Below, piece by piece: positions 9,222 through 19,053 of a DNA stretch of 64,000 bases. The stretch's first letter is position 1. Every line of letters begins with the position of its first letter. The stretch covers positions 96,001 to 160,000 of the forward strand of contig JBKBWQ010000001.1 in NCBI GenBank assembly GCA_046314355.1, in the 5' to 3' direction. This DNA comes from Candidatus Altimarinota bacterium. Its GTDB lineage: Bacteria; Patescibacteriota; Gracilibacteria; 1-14-2-50-48-13. The position numbers and the translations under genes are program-made. The notes beneath the pieces were generated by a model. That model ran no database searches. It was not told the origin of the DNA and worked only from the letters and a program-made list of their open reading frames with translations.

Positions 9222-9860
9222 TTAATTATTTTCTTGGATAGTTTTTAATACTCTTTCTGCAAGGACTTTGTGCGAATCTTCAGTCATATGTACTCCGTCT
9301 GACCCAGTGAGTAAATCGCTACCATTAATATACAAACACTTATGTTTTTCAGATAATGATTTATAAATTTCAGCAAGTTTCTTTGATTTTTCTTCTGCAC
9401 CATCATATTTTCCCTTAGTATAGTCTGTATTTTCATTAACTCTTGGCGGTGCTATGACTATGAGCTTTGGAGTAGTATCTCGAAACTGTGATTTCCTCTC
9501 TAAAATCTTAATAATAAAAAATTCTTCCAGTAATTCACCGATTTTCTCAGCAGAATTAAGAAAAGCACTTTTCAATTCATTGGTACCTAGCATCAGTGCG
9601 ACAAAATCTAAAGGATCATGTGAATCAAGACAGGGAAGTATATAATCGCTTCCTTTTCTGCCTTCTTTGCCTGGTCTTGGATCCTCAGAGACAAGTGTTC
9701 TACTGTTAAGACCTTCTTCTATTACTTCAAAGTTACTTCCTAGAAGAGATTGCAGTAATTTAGGATAACGAACTTCCTCCGAGTAGCGTTCGTGGTGAGA
9801 ACCAGGAATATATCCCCAAGTGTTAGAATCTCCAAAACACAAAATGCGTTTTTTATCCAT
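9222..9860 (-). CDS. SGNH/GDSL hydrolase (arylesterase-like)
   Basis: FGDSNTWG, EEGLNSRT, MLGTNE, DGVH. Confidence 0.9.
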   Translation of the reverse strand: MDKKRILCFGDSNTWGYIPGSHHERYSEEVRYPKLLQSLLGSNFEVIEEGLNSRTLVSEDPRPGKEGRKGSDYILPCLDSHDPLDFVALMLGTNELKSAFLNSAEKIGELLEEFFIIKILERKSQFRDTTPKLIVIAPPRVNENTDYTKGKYDGAEEKSKKLAEIYKSLSEKHKCLYINGSDLLTGSDGVHMTEDSHKVLAERVLKTIQENN

Positions 9861-9869
9861 ATAATAAAC

Positions 9870-10310
9870 TTATATTTTTTTTAAATCTAAAGCTGTAATT
9901 TTTGAAATACTCCTTTCTATTAACGCTTTTGTTGTATCAACTATAGTAACTTCAAATATCTGGTCTAAAGGAAACCATTTATAATTTGAAATTTCGTCAT
10001 TTGTGTTCAAGTTTTTTATTTCCTCATCTGAGGCATATGCCAGATAATCAATAAAATGAAATCGGGCATTTGATCTATGAAAATCCGTACTTGGCTCCTT
10101 CACTTTTTCTCCGAGTTTTTCTATTATTTTTACTGTTATATTCAGTTCTTCCTGTATTTCTCTTGTAAATCCGTCTTCATCGGTCTCGCCTTCTTCAACA
10201 GTACCACCAGGGACTACCCAGGCATTCCATTTTGGACTTTCTGCTAAGAATATTTCCTTTTTATTATTGATAATTATGCCTCCTGCAACCCGCTTTTCAA
10301 AAATATCCAT
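9870..10310 (-). CDS. NUDIX hydrolase
   Basis: Nudix box PGGTVEEGETDEDGFTREIQEELNI. Confidence 0.9.
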   Translation of the reverse strand: MDIFEKRVAGGIIINNKKEIFLAESPKWNAWVVPGGTVEEGETDEDGFTREIQEELNITVKIIEKLGEKVKEPSTDFHRSNARFHFIDYLAYASDEEIKNLNTNDEISNYKWFPLDQIFEVTIVDTTKALIERSISKITALDLKKI

Positions 10311-10485
10311 AAGGTTAATCTTTATTAAAATAGGAACTAAATTTGGAAATAGGTACTATCTTGGCAACTCTTGATTCATAGGTTGCGTAAACTTACTGAA
10401 GTATATGCAATTTTTGTTTGAAGGCAAGCGGGCTCTTCTAGATTGACTTATGCGATATATGAGTATAATAAACATATAATTATTT

Positions 10486-10590
10486 ATGACGACTACCGTG
10501 TTTACAACGACAAAAGCGACTATAATGAGTGATGGTTCGACATTCAGAAGGATGTTTGGGCAATACTTTCTCTTTAGGAAAGTACAGTAG
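10486..10590 (+). CDS. Putative leader peptide (uORF) of the ABC-F gene, MTTTVFTTTKATIMSDGSTFRRMFGQYFLFRKVQ
   Basis: Translated by hand; ATG just downstream of TTGACT and TATAAT hexamers; followed by a hairpin and a terminator. Confidence 0.55.
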   Translation: MTTTVFTTTKATIMSDGSTFRRMFGQYFLFRKVQ

Positions 10591-10650
10591 GCAGATTGCA
10601 ATGAGGAGATAACTATCTCTGTTATTTGTAATTGTGCCTTATCTGAATAC

Positions 10651-10676
10651 CCGCAGGCTAGTACCTCGGTTTTTTT
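10651..10676 (+). terminator. Attenuator-type terminator in the ABC-F 5' leader
   Basis: CCG(C)AGG-ctagta-CCTCGG followed by T7, ending about 20 nt upstream of the ABC-F ATG. Confidence 0.6.
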
Positions 10677-10695
10677 GCTTATAACACGATTTTTT

Positions 10696-12114
10696 ATGTT
10701 ACAAATTTCAAATATTACTATATCACATGGAGGACACACATTCCTGGAACAGTGCTCCTTTAGTCTGGAAGGAAAGTCCAGAAAACGCATAGCTTTACTT
10801 GGTACAAATGGTTCAGGGAAGTCCTCTCTCTTAAAAGTCATGGCGGGAGTGGATGAGGTCTCGGCCGGAACAATTTCTTTATCTCGTGAATCTATTGGAT
10901 ACGTAACGCAGGAGATCTCTCTCCCTGAAGATCAGATGATCGGAGAATATATGGAGGCTCTTCTGGAGGAATCCTGGATGTCTTACAAAATACAGCTAGT
11001 TCTGGAAGAAGTGGGACTTTCAGAATATATTATTTTACAAAATATTACTTCTCTCTCTGGAGGAGAAAAAGTGAGACTCGGTATTGCCATAGGCTTGCTG
11101 CTGGAGCCTACTATTTTATTACTTGATGAACCAACGAACCATTTAGATACACACGGTCTTCTCTGGCTTGGAGCATTTGTACAAAATTTTCCCGGAACCA
11201 TCATGCTCATTACTCATGATAGAACATTTATAAATACGTATATGACTGAGCTTTGGGAGATAGATACAGCTATGGCTTCTATCAAAAAATATACAGGAAA
11301 CTATGAGGCGTATTTAGCAGAGAAAGAGCGGTTACTTGCTCAGGAAGTGCAGGAATATGAATGGTATCAGAAGCATATTGATGAGATAGTCATGTGGCTC
11401 AAAGCCAATGAGTTTCATCCTAAGTATCAGTTCTCTGACCGCGTACTCTCCCGCAAAAAAGCTCTTGAAAACTATACCAAGAACCAGCCTCCTCGACCTG
11501 TAATACGTCCTCCTATGAGTCCGCTAGAATCTAAGGATATTAGTGAGCAGCGTCTTGTAAAAGTTGTCATTCAAAGTAAATGTATTGGTGATAAAAGCAT
11601 TCTCTTGAATAAAGAAATCATAGTGCGTACTGGAGATAGAATTAGAATATCAGGACCAAACGGAAGCGGGAAGTCTACACTGCTCAAAATACTTTCAAAA
11701 GTAGATAAGGACTTTGCAGGAGAATATATATCAAGTGAAACTTTAAGGATCGGATATTTGGCACAGGAAGTAGCTTTGCCAAAGGAGCGGAAAGTTCTTG
11801 AATATATTCGTGAAGTGATGCATACCAATGATACAACTGCGAGAGGAATCCTGACACATTTTCTGTTTACTGCGGGGCAGATGGAGCAGAGGATAGGGAA
11901 CTTGAGTTTTGGCGAAGAAAAGCGACTAAAGCTTGCTCTTATCCTGCAGGACAAGCCCAATCTATTGATTCTAGATGAACCTACGAATCATCTGGATGTG
12001 CAGTCGAGAGAGGATCTAGAGAGGTTCTTGGCTACAGTGCAGACGATGGTGGTGGTGACTCATGATACGTATTTCGCTGAGAAGATGGGATTTTCTAAGG
12101 AAATAGAATTGTAA
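10696..12114 (+). CDS. ABC-F family ATPase (ribosome-associated, ARE-like)
   Basis: Two NBDs (GTNGSGKS/LSGGE/LLLDEPTNHLD; GPNGSGKS/LSFGE/LILDEPTNHLD), no TM segments, helical linker; start moved to MLQISN. Confidence 0.92.
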   Translation: MLQISNITISHGGHTFLEQCSFSLEGKSRKRIALLGTNGSGKSSLLKVMAGVDEVSAGTISLSRESIGYVTQEISLPEDQMIGEYMEALLEESWMSYKIQLVLEEVGLSEYIILQNITSLSGGEKVRLGIAIGLLLEPTILLLDEPTNHLDTHGLLWLGAFVQNFPGTIMLITHDRTFINTYMTELWEIDTAMASIKKYTGNYEAYLAEKERLLAQEVQEYEWYQKHIDEIVMWLKANEFHPKYQFSDRVLSRKKALENYTKNQPPRPVIRPPMSPLESKDISEQRLVKVVIQSKCIGDKSILLNKEIIVRTGDRIRISGPNGSGKSTLLKILSKVDKDFAGEYISSETLRIGYLAQEVALPKERKVLEYIREVMHTNDTTARGILTHFLFTAGQMEQRIGNLSFGEEKRLKLALILQDKPNLLILDEPTNHLDVQSREDLERFLATVQTMVVVTHDTYFAEKMGFSKEIEL

Positions 12115-12118
12115 TCAA

Positions 12119-12152
12119 AAATAAAGCCTCTGAATCTTCAGAGGCTTTATTT
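12119..12152. terminator. Bidirectional intrinsic terminator
   Basis: IR AAATAAAGCCTCTGAA/TTCAGAGGCTTTATTT between convergent genes. Confidence 0.85.
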
Positions 12153-12171
12153 AAAGTAATTTTTGATACAT

Positions 12172-12597
12172 TTAAGCTACATTATATTTCTTCTTCATCT
12201 CCTTCACAGAATCCACAATAATCTCTTTTAAAATCTCAATATCTATTTGCCCAAGCCTATTAATATAGAGACATGCTTTACTCTTCTTGAATCTGCCAAG
12301 TTTTTCCAGAAGATCATCGTATTTTTCAAATCCAGGCATAATGTAAATAGTGAGATTTGCTTTTCTTGGAGAGAATCCTGTCATTGGCCAATCGCCTTCT
12401 TGTGCACTTTTTTCTGATTTATAGTGATATTGTCCAAAACCTATGATGCTGTCTCCCCACATAGTAGCCTTTTCACCGGTCACATCTTCAAATATTTTTA
12501 GTAGAGTATGGGAATCTTCTCTTTTTCGCGGATCTTCGATTTTATTAATAAAATCTTCAACATTCATATCATTCTTTATTGTTTTGAGTTCAGACAT
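12172..12597 (-). CDS. DUF1801 domain protein
   Basis: MWGDSIIGFGQYHY, WPMTGFSPRKANLTIY, LGRFKKSKACLYI. Confidence 0.88.
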   Translation of the reverse strand: MSELKTIKNDMNVEDFINKIEDPRKREDSHTLLKIFEDVTGEKATMWGDSIIGFGQYHYKSEKSAQEGDWPMTGFSPRKANLTIYIMPGFEKYDDLLEKLGRFKKSKACLYINRLGQIDIEILKEIIVDSVKEMKKKYNVA

Positions 12598-12732
12598 AAA
12601 AGGAGCTTTTAAAAAATGGTAAATTTATTATAGAGATATTTTGTTGTGAGCATATAGCAAAACTTCATTTGAGAGGGCTATTTATAGCTATGAAAATAGC
12701 TATACTCAGTTCTTTATTTTGCGTAATTATAC

Positions 12733-12760
12733 AAAAAAATAACTTCATGAATGAAGTTAC
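12733..12760 (-). terminator. Terminator downstream of tRNA-Asp
   Basis: Minus-strand TAACTTCA-ttca-TGAAGTTA followed by T7. Confidence 0.6.
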
Positions 12761-12800
12761 ATAATATCGATGTGCCATTCAATACCCAAAGGGCGAAGAA

Positions 12801-12878
12801 TGGCGGAATGGACGAGACTCGAACTCGCGACCTCGGCAGTGACAGTGCCGCGCTCTAACCAAACTGAGCTACCACTCC
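12801..12878 (-). tRNA. tRNA-Asp(GTC), CCA encoded
   Basis: Reverse complement GGAGTGGTAGCTCAGTTTGGTTAGAGCGCGGCACTGTCACTGCCGAGGTCGCGAGTTCGAGTCTCGTCCATTCCGCCA folds as a cloverleaf with anticodon GTC. Confidence 0.97.
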
Positions 12879-12900
12879 AAATTTTCAAACTACGTAGCGG

Positions 12901-12929
12901 AGTATACGGAATGGGGGCAGATTTTGCAA
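12901..12929 (-). promoter_or_regulatory. Sigma70-type promoter of tRNA-Asp
   Basis: Minus-strand TTGCAA-N17-TATACT. Confidence 0.7.
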
Positions 12930-13057
12930 GCTTTTTTCTATAAAAAGATATAGTTAGTAGAGAAAGAGGTGAAAAGCATGCAGTTCACACGCCTGAAAAT
13001 TGACCTCCGGCTTTTCCTTGGGTAGTATGAAAGTAGGTTTAGTATTTATGCGAGTGG

Positions 13058-14122
13058 ATGAATATTTTCAAAAACATAAAATGGCATGGGTTTATAAGCG
13101 CACTGATGATTTTGGGGTTTTTGATTCTCTCAACTGTGCTTTTTTACCGTGGGGAGCGCACTATTGATTTTTCGAAAGTAGCTCAGGTATCTATTCCAAT
13201 CACTTCTACTGGCAGTGCTGTATTTGCGGAAGGGACACTTGTTTCTGTCACAGGATTTCTTGATGTAAAAAACTATCTTGGTGATGATCTTTTGTTGCAT
13301 CCAGGTCCATATCTGCTGCTTAAAAGAGTAGTAGAGATGTATTCGTGGAAGGAAGAGATTGTACCTTCCCATGATAGTCCGGAAGGTGCTGTATTTAACT
13401 ATTATAAAGACTGGACAGCAAAGCCGCCTGAGAGTAAGAATTTTAGAAAGCCGGAGGGACATACTAATCCTCCTCTAAAGATACAGGGAATTACTTTATA
13501 TAATACCTTTGCGACGGTTGACGGCTATTTTATTGATCCTGAACGTATGGTACTGCCGGTGCCTATGAACCTTCCAATGACACCGGATATGATTGCTCTT
13601 GAGAATACTGGTGAAGAAAATTTTAGTAGCTCTGGAAGTTTATTTACGCATATTAGCGATATAGGATCAGGGGCAGTGCTGCCTGTATTAGGTACAGGTG
13701 CACTACTTAGAGATTTACGACTAGAGGGGAAATATTTGTATGTAGGGAAAGGTACGAGTATTTCTCCCCAAGTTGGTGATATACGTATTCATTATGAAGT
13801 AATCAAGGCTGGAGAATTAGTTACAGCCTTTGGCGGTTTATTTGGAAATGAATTAAGACCTTTCATATTTAATGATATAGATGCTCTTTCATCCCTTGCG
13901 CGGGGCGATCGGGAGACCGCAATATTTGGTATGAAAATAGATTATCATGTGGAGCAGAATATATGGAGAGTATTTGCTATAATGATTATTTGGATTGCAA
14001 TGCAGCAGATGCTAGGTGAAGATACGCTTCTTAAACAGATTAAACATAAAGGTATCTTTCAGCTTATTGTGATTAGTCTTATGAGTGTTGTAATTATTAT
14101 TTGTATACAGTTTTTTCAGTAG
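13058..14122 (+). CDS. TMEM43 (DUF1625) family membrane protein
   Basis: N-terminal TM, EGTLVSVTG, LKRVVEMYSWKE, GHTNPP, PQVGDIRIHY, C-terminal TMs. Confidence 0.82.
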   Translation: MNIFKNIKWHGFISALMILGFLILSTVLFYRGERTIDFSKVAQVSIPITSTGSAVFAEGTLVSVTGFLDVKNYLGDDLLLHPGPYLLLKRVVEMYSWKEEIVPSHDSPEGAVFNYYKDWTAKPPESKNFRKPEGHTNPPLKIQGITLYNTFATVDGYFIDPERMVLPVPMNLPMTPDMIALENTGEENFSSSGSLFTHISDIGSGAVLPVLGTGALLRDLRLEGKYLYVGKGTSISPQVGDIRIHYEVIKAGELVTAFGGLFGNELRPFIFNDIDALSSLARGDRETAIFGMKIDYHVEQNIWRVFAIMIIWIAMQQMLGEDTLLKQIKHKGIFQLIVISLMSVVIIICIQFFQ

Positions 14123-14194
14123 CTTACGTTGAGCTTGCCTTGTTTTTATCCGTAAGGTTCCTATACTAAGGATACATATTTTTTATGTTTTGAA

Positions 14195-14806
14195 ATGATT
14201 GGATACCTGAAAGGAATAGTATTGGTGGAGCTTGAAAGAAGCATATTGCTTGATGTCTCTGGTGTAGGATATGAAGTGTTTGTACCGGAGCGGGTGCGGA
14301 TGACTCTCACTGCTGGTGAAGCTGCTGAATTTTATATCTACACTCATGTGCGTGAGGATACTCTTCAGTTATTCGGATTTCCTACATTTCCTGAAAGACG
14401 TGTATTTATTATGCTGCTTTCTGTAAATGGAGTAGGACCAAAGTCTGCTCTTGAAATCATGAATCTTTCTCTTGGTGATCTGGCCCAGGCAATTTCTTCG
14501 GGTGATGCTCTAAGAGTGCAGAAAGTGCCAGGCATTGGTAAAAAAACTGCTGAAAGAATTATCATCGACCTTGAAGATAAGATGTTGGAATTTGCTGGTA
14601 TGTCTTCAGAGGGCACATCGAACACTAGCAAAAAAGGCAGTACAAGCGGTCTTGAGCTTGAGCATCAGGATGTGGTAGATGGACTTATGGTATTAGGATA
14701 TGACCGCAAATATATTCTTGAAATTCTCCAAAAACTGGATAGCGAACATGATCTTTCAGTTCTTTCCGCGGAGGAAATTATAAAGCTTTGTCTTCGTTAT
14801 CTATAA
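14195..14806 (+). CDS. ruvA: Holliday junction branch migration protein RuvA
   Basis: MIGYLKG, GVGYEV, HVREDTLQLFGF, VNGVGPKSA, VPGIGKKTAERII. Confidence 0.96.
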   Translation: MIGYLKGIVLVELERSILLDVSGVGYEVFVPERVRMTLTAGEAAEFYIYTHVREDTLQLFGFPTFPERRVFIMLLSVNGVGPKSALEIMNLSLGDLAQAISSGDALRVQKVPGIGKKTAERIIIDLEDKMLEFAGMSSEGTSNTSKKGSTSGLELEHQDVVDGLMVLGYDRKYILEILQKLDSEHDLSVLSAEEIIKLCLRYL

Positions 14807-14810
14807 AATT

Positions 14811-16064
14811 ATGGAATTTAGAAAAATATTTGCTACTGCTTTTTTATCGCTTTTTATAGCCGGTACTACATTATCTGCAGCTTATGCTCAGACAGCAGAT
14901 GAATTAGAAGCCGTGACGTCAGAGTCAGAAGCTCCAGCTATAGATGCTGCTGAACCGCAGGCAGTACCTACTTTTTCTATCGCTGAAAAAACAGATGTCT
15001 ATGTGGAAGCAGTAGTTACAAGAGTAGATGAGAGGGAAGAGCTGATTACTCCTGAAGATGGTGAATATAATGGTGCTCTAGAGGGAATTCAGAAGAGACT
15101 TATTCAACAGGTGGAAATCAAAGTATTTTCCAAGGGAGACTTTGAAGGAAAGGTATTTTCTACCGAAAATAGCGTCGCTAACCGTCCAAAGGATATTACC
15201 CTAAAGAAGGGAGATAGAGTTATAGCAGATATTATTCAGACAAAAGGAAGCGATAAACTTGAAGTAAATGTGATTGATTTTAGCAGGAATACAGTCATGT
15301 GGGCTTTTCTATTGGCTTTCACTATTGCGATTATTGCTTTTGGTGGCAGAAAAGGACTTGCAGCTGTACTAGGACTTGTAGTGACTTTTGTCATTATCTT
15401 TGCAGTATTTATTCCTTTTATTATGCAAGGCGGCAATCCAATGTGGCTTGCCATAGGGACGTCCATTGTGGTGACATTTCTTGTGCATATCTTTGTTGGA
15501 GGTTTCTCTCCTAAATCCCTCTCTTCCACAGCTGGTACTGCGGGAGGTATGTTAGTTGCAGGTCTATTTGCAAGTATTGCCACTGGGATGTCGCATCTGC
15601 ATGGTATTTCCACTGATGATTCTGTGAATCTTTTCTTGAAAAATCCAAATCTTGATTTTCACGGAATATTTCTTGCAGGTATCATTATAGGAAGTCTGGG
15701 AGCGGTAATGGATATCGGTATTTCCATCAGTTCCGCCATAAGTGAAGTAAAGTCTCACGCACCTCAGGCTACCTTCAAACAGCTGTTTACTGCAGGTATG
15801 AATATCGGTAAGGACACGCTTGGTACGATGACAAACACACTTGTACTTGCCTATGCTGGTAGTGCTCTTCCGCTTATTTTAATAATGGTCCTCTCTGCGA
15901 CCAACTGGAACATGGCCATAGGATACGATTTTATTGCTGATGAAATTGTGAGAAGTATGGCAGGTGCATTTGGACTTCTTGTTACTATTCCTATTACCGC
16001 ATATGTAAGCGCACTTCTTGAAATAAAACAAAGCGAGAAGAATGCAGCTAAGATATCATCATAA
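14811..16064 (+). CDS. YibE/F family membrane protein
   Basis: Signal/TM, extracellular beta domain, GSLGAVMDIGISISS, GMNIGKDTLGTMTNTLVLAYAG. Confidence 0.9.
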   Translation: MEFRKIFATAFLSLFIAGTTLSAAYAQTADELEAVTSESEAPAIDAAEPQAVPTFSIAEKTDVYVEAVVTRVDEREELITPEDGEYNGALEGIQKRLIQQVEIKVFSKGDFEGKVFSTENSVANRPKDITLKKGDRVIADIIQTKGSDKLEVNVIDFSRNTVMWAFLLAFTIAIIAFGGRKGLAAVLGLVVTFVIIFAVFIPFIMQGGNPMWLAIGTSIVVTFLVHIFVGGFSPKSLSSTAGTAGGMLVAGLFASIATGMSHLHGISTDDSVNLFLKNPNLDFHGIFLAGIIIGSLGAVMDIGISISSAISEVKSHAPQATFKQLFTAGMNIGKDTLGTMTNTLVLAYAGSALPLILIMVLSATNWNMAIGYDFIADEIVRSMAGAFGLLVTIPITAYVSALLEIKQSEKNAAKISS

Positions 16065-16135
16065 AAAAATGTGTAGATGAAGGTTGAAGCTGCACATTTA
16101 ATTACTTATTTACTCACTTACTAATTACTTATCCT

Positions 16136-17446
16136 ATGACAATCTACTGTATCGGTATCGGAGGCATCGGAATGAGCTACGTTGCACGCCTTTTAAAGTC
16201 CGAAGGACATCATGTGATTGGTGCTGATGCTGTAGAGGGAAGCACAACATCTGAACTTCGCGCAGAAGGCATCGAAATAGTAATAGGTCATAAGGCTTCA
16301 AATATTCCTGAGGATGTAAGTCTTATATTGCTTTCCCCGGCTATTCTCTCTTCACAGCCTGAAGATTATTTGGAAGCAAAGAACAGAGGTGTTGAGACAA
16401 AGACTTGGCAGGAATATATTGGTGAGAAAACAAAGCAGATGAAAACTATTGCTGTTTGCGGAGCGCATGGAAAAAGCACCACTACAGCTATGGTAGGATT
16501 AATGCTCATAGAAGCAGGTTATGATCCTACGGTGCTAGTGGGTACAAAATTGAAAGAATTCAATGGATCTAATATACGTTTTGGAAAATCAGAGTGGCTT
16601 GTGATAGAAGCGGATGAATTTAACGATAATTTTTTAAACTATTATCCCACATACACGCTTCTTACTTCCTTTGAACCTGATCATCTTGATTACTTCAAGA
16701 CTCCGGAACGTTACCGTGCATCATTTGTAGAATTTCTTTCCCGCACTCCAGTGGATGGTAAGGTTTTTTATCATAATACACAAAAGGAGACTGAGATACT
16801 GATCCATGAACAAAATATTTCTTCAGCTCCAGTCAGGGAAGAAGTGGGTTATATGCTTCAAGTACCTGGTAAACATAATAGAGAAAATGCCTCCCTCGTT
16901 GATGCTTTGGGAGAAGAAATAGGGATCCCTGCAGAGATTCGGGAAAAATCCTTAAAAGCTTTTAAAGGAACCTGGAGAAGACAGGAGTTTAAGGGGGAAA
17001 CTGCTGGAGGTGCTCTCGTGTATGATGACTATGGTCACCATCCTACTGAAGTCCGAGTGACTCTTGCTGGTTTTAGGGAAATGTTTCCTGAGAAGAAAAT
17101 TATATGTATCTTTCAGCCTCATCAATATTCGCGTGTACGTACCTTCCTAAAGGACTTTAGTGAGGCATTCTCTGATGCAGATGCTGTGATTATTCCAAAT
17201 ATTTATGCTAGTAGAGATTCAGAGGAAGATAAAAGAAGTATGACTGCTCAAATAGTAGTTGATGAAATATCTAAACATCAAAATAATGTGTACTTTGGGG
17301 ATGGTCTGAAAGAGAGCATGGAACTTGTGAAAACGAATTCTGAATGGAATACTTCAAACAGTGTGATCATTACAATGGGAGCGGGCGATGTTACTTATAT
17401 ATCTGACTGGCTTGTAGAAAATAATCAATACGCAGTACCAGAATAA
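16136..17446 (+). CDS. murC: UDP-N-acetylmuramate--L-alanine ligase
   Basis: IGIGGIGMS, GAHGKSTT, EADE, DHLD, DDYGHHPTE, FQPHQYSR, TMGAGD. Confidence 0.95.
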   Translation: MTIYCIGIGGIGMSYVARLLKSEGHHVIGADAVEGSTTSELRAEGIEIVIGHKASNIPEDVSLILLSPAILSSQPEDYLEAKNRGVETKTWQEYIGEKTKQMKTIAVCGAHGKSTTTAMVGLMLIEAGYDPTVLVGTKLKEFNGSNIRFGKSEWLVIEADEFNDNFLNYYPTYTLLTSFEPDHLDYFKTPERYRASFVEFLSRTPVDGKVFYHNTQKETEILIHEQNISSAPVREEVGYMLQVPGKHNRENASLVDALGEEIGIPAEIREKSLKAFKGTWRRQEFKGETAGGALVYDDYGHHPTEVRVTLAGFREMFPEKKIICIFQPHQYSRVRTFLKDFSEAFSDADAVIIPNIYASRDSEEDKRSMTAQIVVDEISKHQNNVYFGDGLKESMELVKTNSEWNTSNSVIITMGAGDVTYISDWLVENNQYAVPE

Positions 17447-17471
17447 AATATTTTATTTATTACAAACTTCT

Positions 17472-18038
17472 ATGCCTTCTGAGATTCAGTATCTTGCACA
17501 GGAATATAATCTTTTTTTCCTATATCCGTATTCACGCTTAATTCTTCCAATACTCACTATCTACGCAGTAGTTTATTCTTATATATTGTGGAGAAAGCAG
17601 CATCCTGGGGAGAGAATTTTCAATAAAAAGCAGTTTTTAATATTTCTAAAAATATTTGCAGCAAGATTTCAGTACTTTCTCTATGGAATGATCGTAATTG
17701 CAGGAAGCTGGCATATTGTAAGTTTCATTATTGGACTTATTATTCCTGTTAATTCTGCTATATCACCTGATTCCTTGATTGCATCTGGTGCTACTTTAAC
17801 TAATAGTGTATCTCAGCAAAGTACGATAAGAGGCTTTCTTCCTTTACTCGGAGCTTTTGAAGTGCCAGAGATGCGGATTCTATTTGCCGAGTTAATTACA
17901 TCTATGTATGTGAATGTAGGTATTTTTATGACATTAGGCGTCCTAAATAAAGATTTTTATAAAGTAGCTAAAATCTTATTTATTCTATTATCATTTTTCT
18001 TATTCAGCATTGGAATGCTTGATGGCGCTGCATTGTAG
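17472..18038 (+). CDS. Hypothetical membrane protein
   Basis: About 4 hydrophobic segments; co-oriented after murC. Confidence 0.7.
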   Translation: MPSEIQYLAQEYNLFFLYPYSRLILPILTIYAVVYSYILWRKQHPGERIFNKKQFLIFLKIFAARFQYFLYGMIVIAGSWHIVSFIIGLIIPVNSAISPDSLIASGATLTNSVSQQSTIRGFLPLLGAFEVPEMRILFAELITSMYVNVGIFMTLGVLNKDFYKVAKILFILLSFFLFSIGMLDGAAL

Positions 18039-18041
18039 AGT

Positions 18042-18542
18042 TTATCTTTTGAACTCTATCGGCAATTCTTTCTGATCTTTTTTTCTACGTATAAACCGGT
18101 ACATCCATTTCCAGAAAGGCGGAAAGTATACAATGAGCATCAGTATTGAAACCGCCATAACTACGGCATCGGTACTAAAACGGTGGGTATATTTTATATC
18201 CAGATCCAGCAGCCAGAGTGCAGCTTCATCCAGTATAAGTGCTAGAAAGATACCATACATCATTGCCGAGATGTGAGGAATCCTCTCGATGACCTTGGGA
18301 TATGCAATACTAAAAAAGCTAAGTACTGATATACCAACGATACCATAACTCAGGTGATGAATATGGTATTCTTTTCCTTCCACAAAAACGTAAAAGAAAA
18401 ATGTACGCTCAAGATTAAACTCATATATCGTGAAAACCCATAACCTTGTCAGTGCAAAGGTTATAAGAAACGAAAGTAGTATAATAAAAGGCAATTCTTT
18501 TCTCCTAGATATAAAGAGAGAATGAATTGTTTTCTTTAGCAT
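18042..18542 (-). CDS. Hypothetical membrane protein (HIHH motif)
   Basis: About 4 TM segments; HIHHLSYG and LILDEAALW. Confidence 0.75.
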   Translation of the reverse strand: MLKKTIHSLFISRRKELPFIILLSFLITFALTRLWVFTIYEFNLERTFFFYVFVEGKEYHIHHLSYGIVGISVLSFFSIAYPKVIERIPHISAMMYGIFLALILDEAALWLLDLDIKYTHRFSTDAVVMAVSILMLIVYFPPFWKWMYRFIRRKKDQKELPIEFKR

Positions 18543-18682
18543 GGAAGCGAGAAACAGAAAAACTAGATGGTTTCAATTTATCATAAAAAACCACCTTAGC
18601 AAGAGAAAGAATACAGCACTTACTAGGAAGAAAGGGGGTGTCTGTGATATACTATTAAGATTTAAATCTTACTGATCACTCC

Positions 18683-18976
18683 ATGTCTTCCTCGTCCCTA
18701 CTAGATATTGCCCGTCTCAGAGAAATGAACTCTGACTTATTTGAAACCGGTAGGGTTACTGCCAGTAAAAAAGTGAAAGAAGAAGACTTATTTAAAAGAA
18801 AACTGAAGCGGCTTATGAAGCTATTGGTACAGTATGAGACGGACGGGAAAGATACAAATCAGAAAGATATTCAGGCTATGATCCATCTCCTCCGGGAAGT
18901 AATCCCGCATATGCAGAAACAGGAACGTGCACATTTAGAAAAAGTATACAAACATCTGGGAACTGAAGGGAAATAA
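18683..18976 (+). CDS. Hypothetical helical protein
   Basis: 97-aa ORF followed by the hairpin AAAAGAC/GTCTTTT. Confidence 0.65.
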   Translation: MSSSSLLDIARLREMNSDLFETGRVTASKKVKEEDLFKRKLKRLMKLLVQYETDGKDTNQKDIQAMIHLLREVIPHMQKQERAHLEKVYKHLGTEGK

Positions 18977-19053
18977 AAGACGCTAAGGTCTTTTTTCTAT
19001 TTAAAAAAATAACTTTTTGTGTAAGCTACATATACAGTAATTTATGAAGCTTT

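Noticed and set aside
10356-10841. 161-aa minus-strand ORF and the other short antisense or overlapping ORFs in the track
   Set aside because: They are shadow frames of well-supported genes or leaders and have no recognisable motifs
7076-12800. tRNA-Asp-anchored genomic island or integron cassette array
   Set aside because: The genes look accessory, but I found no integrase, no duplicated tRNA 3' end and no attC sites; gaps between YdeI, SGNH and NUDIX are only 7-9 nt
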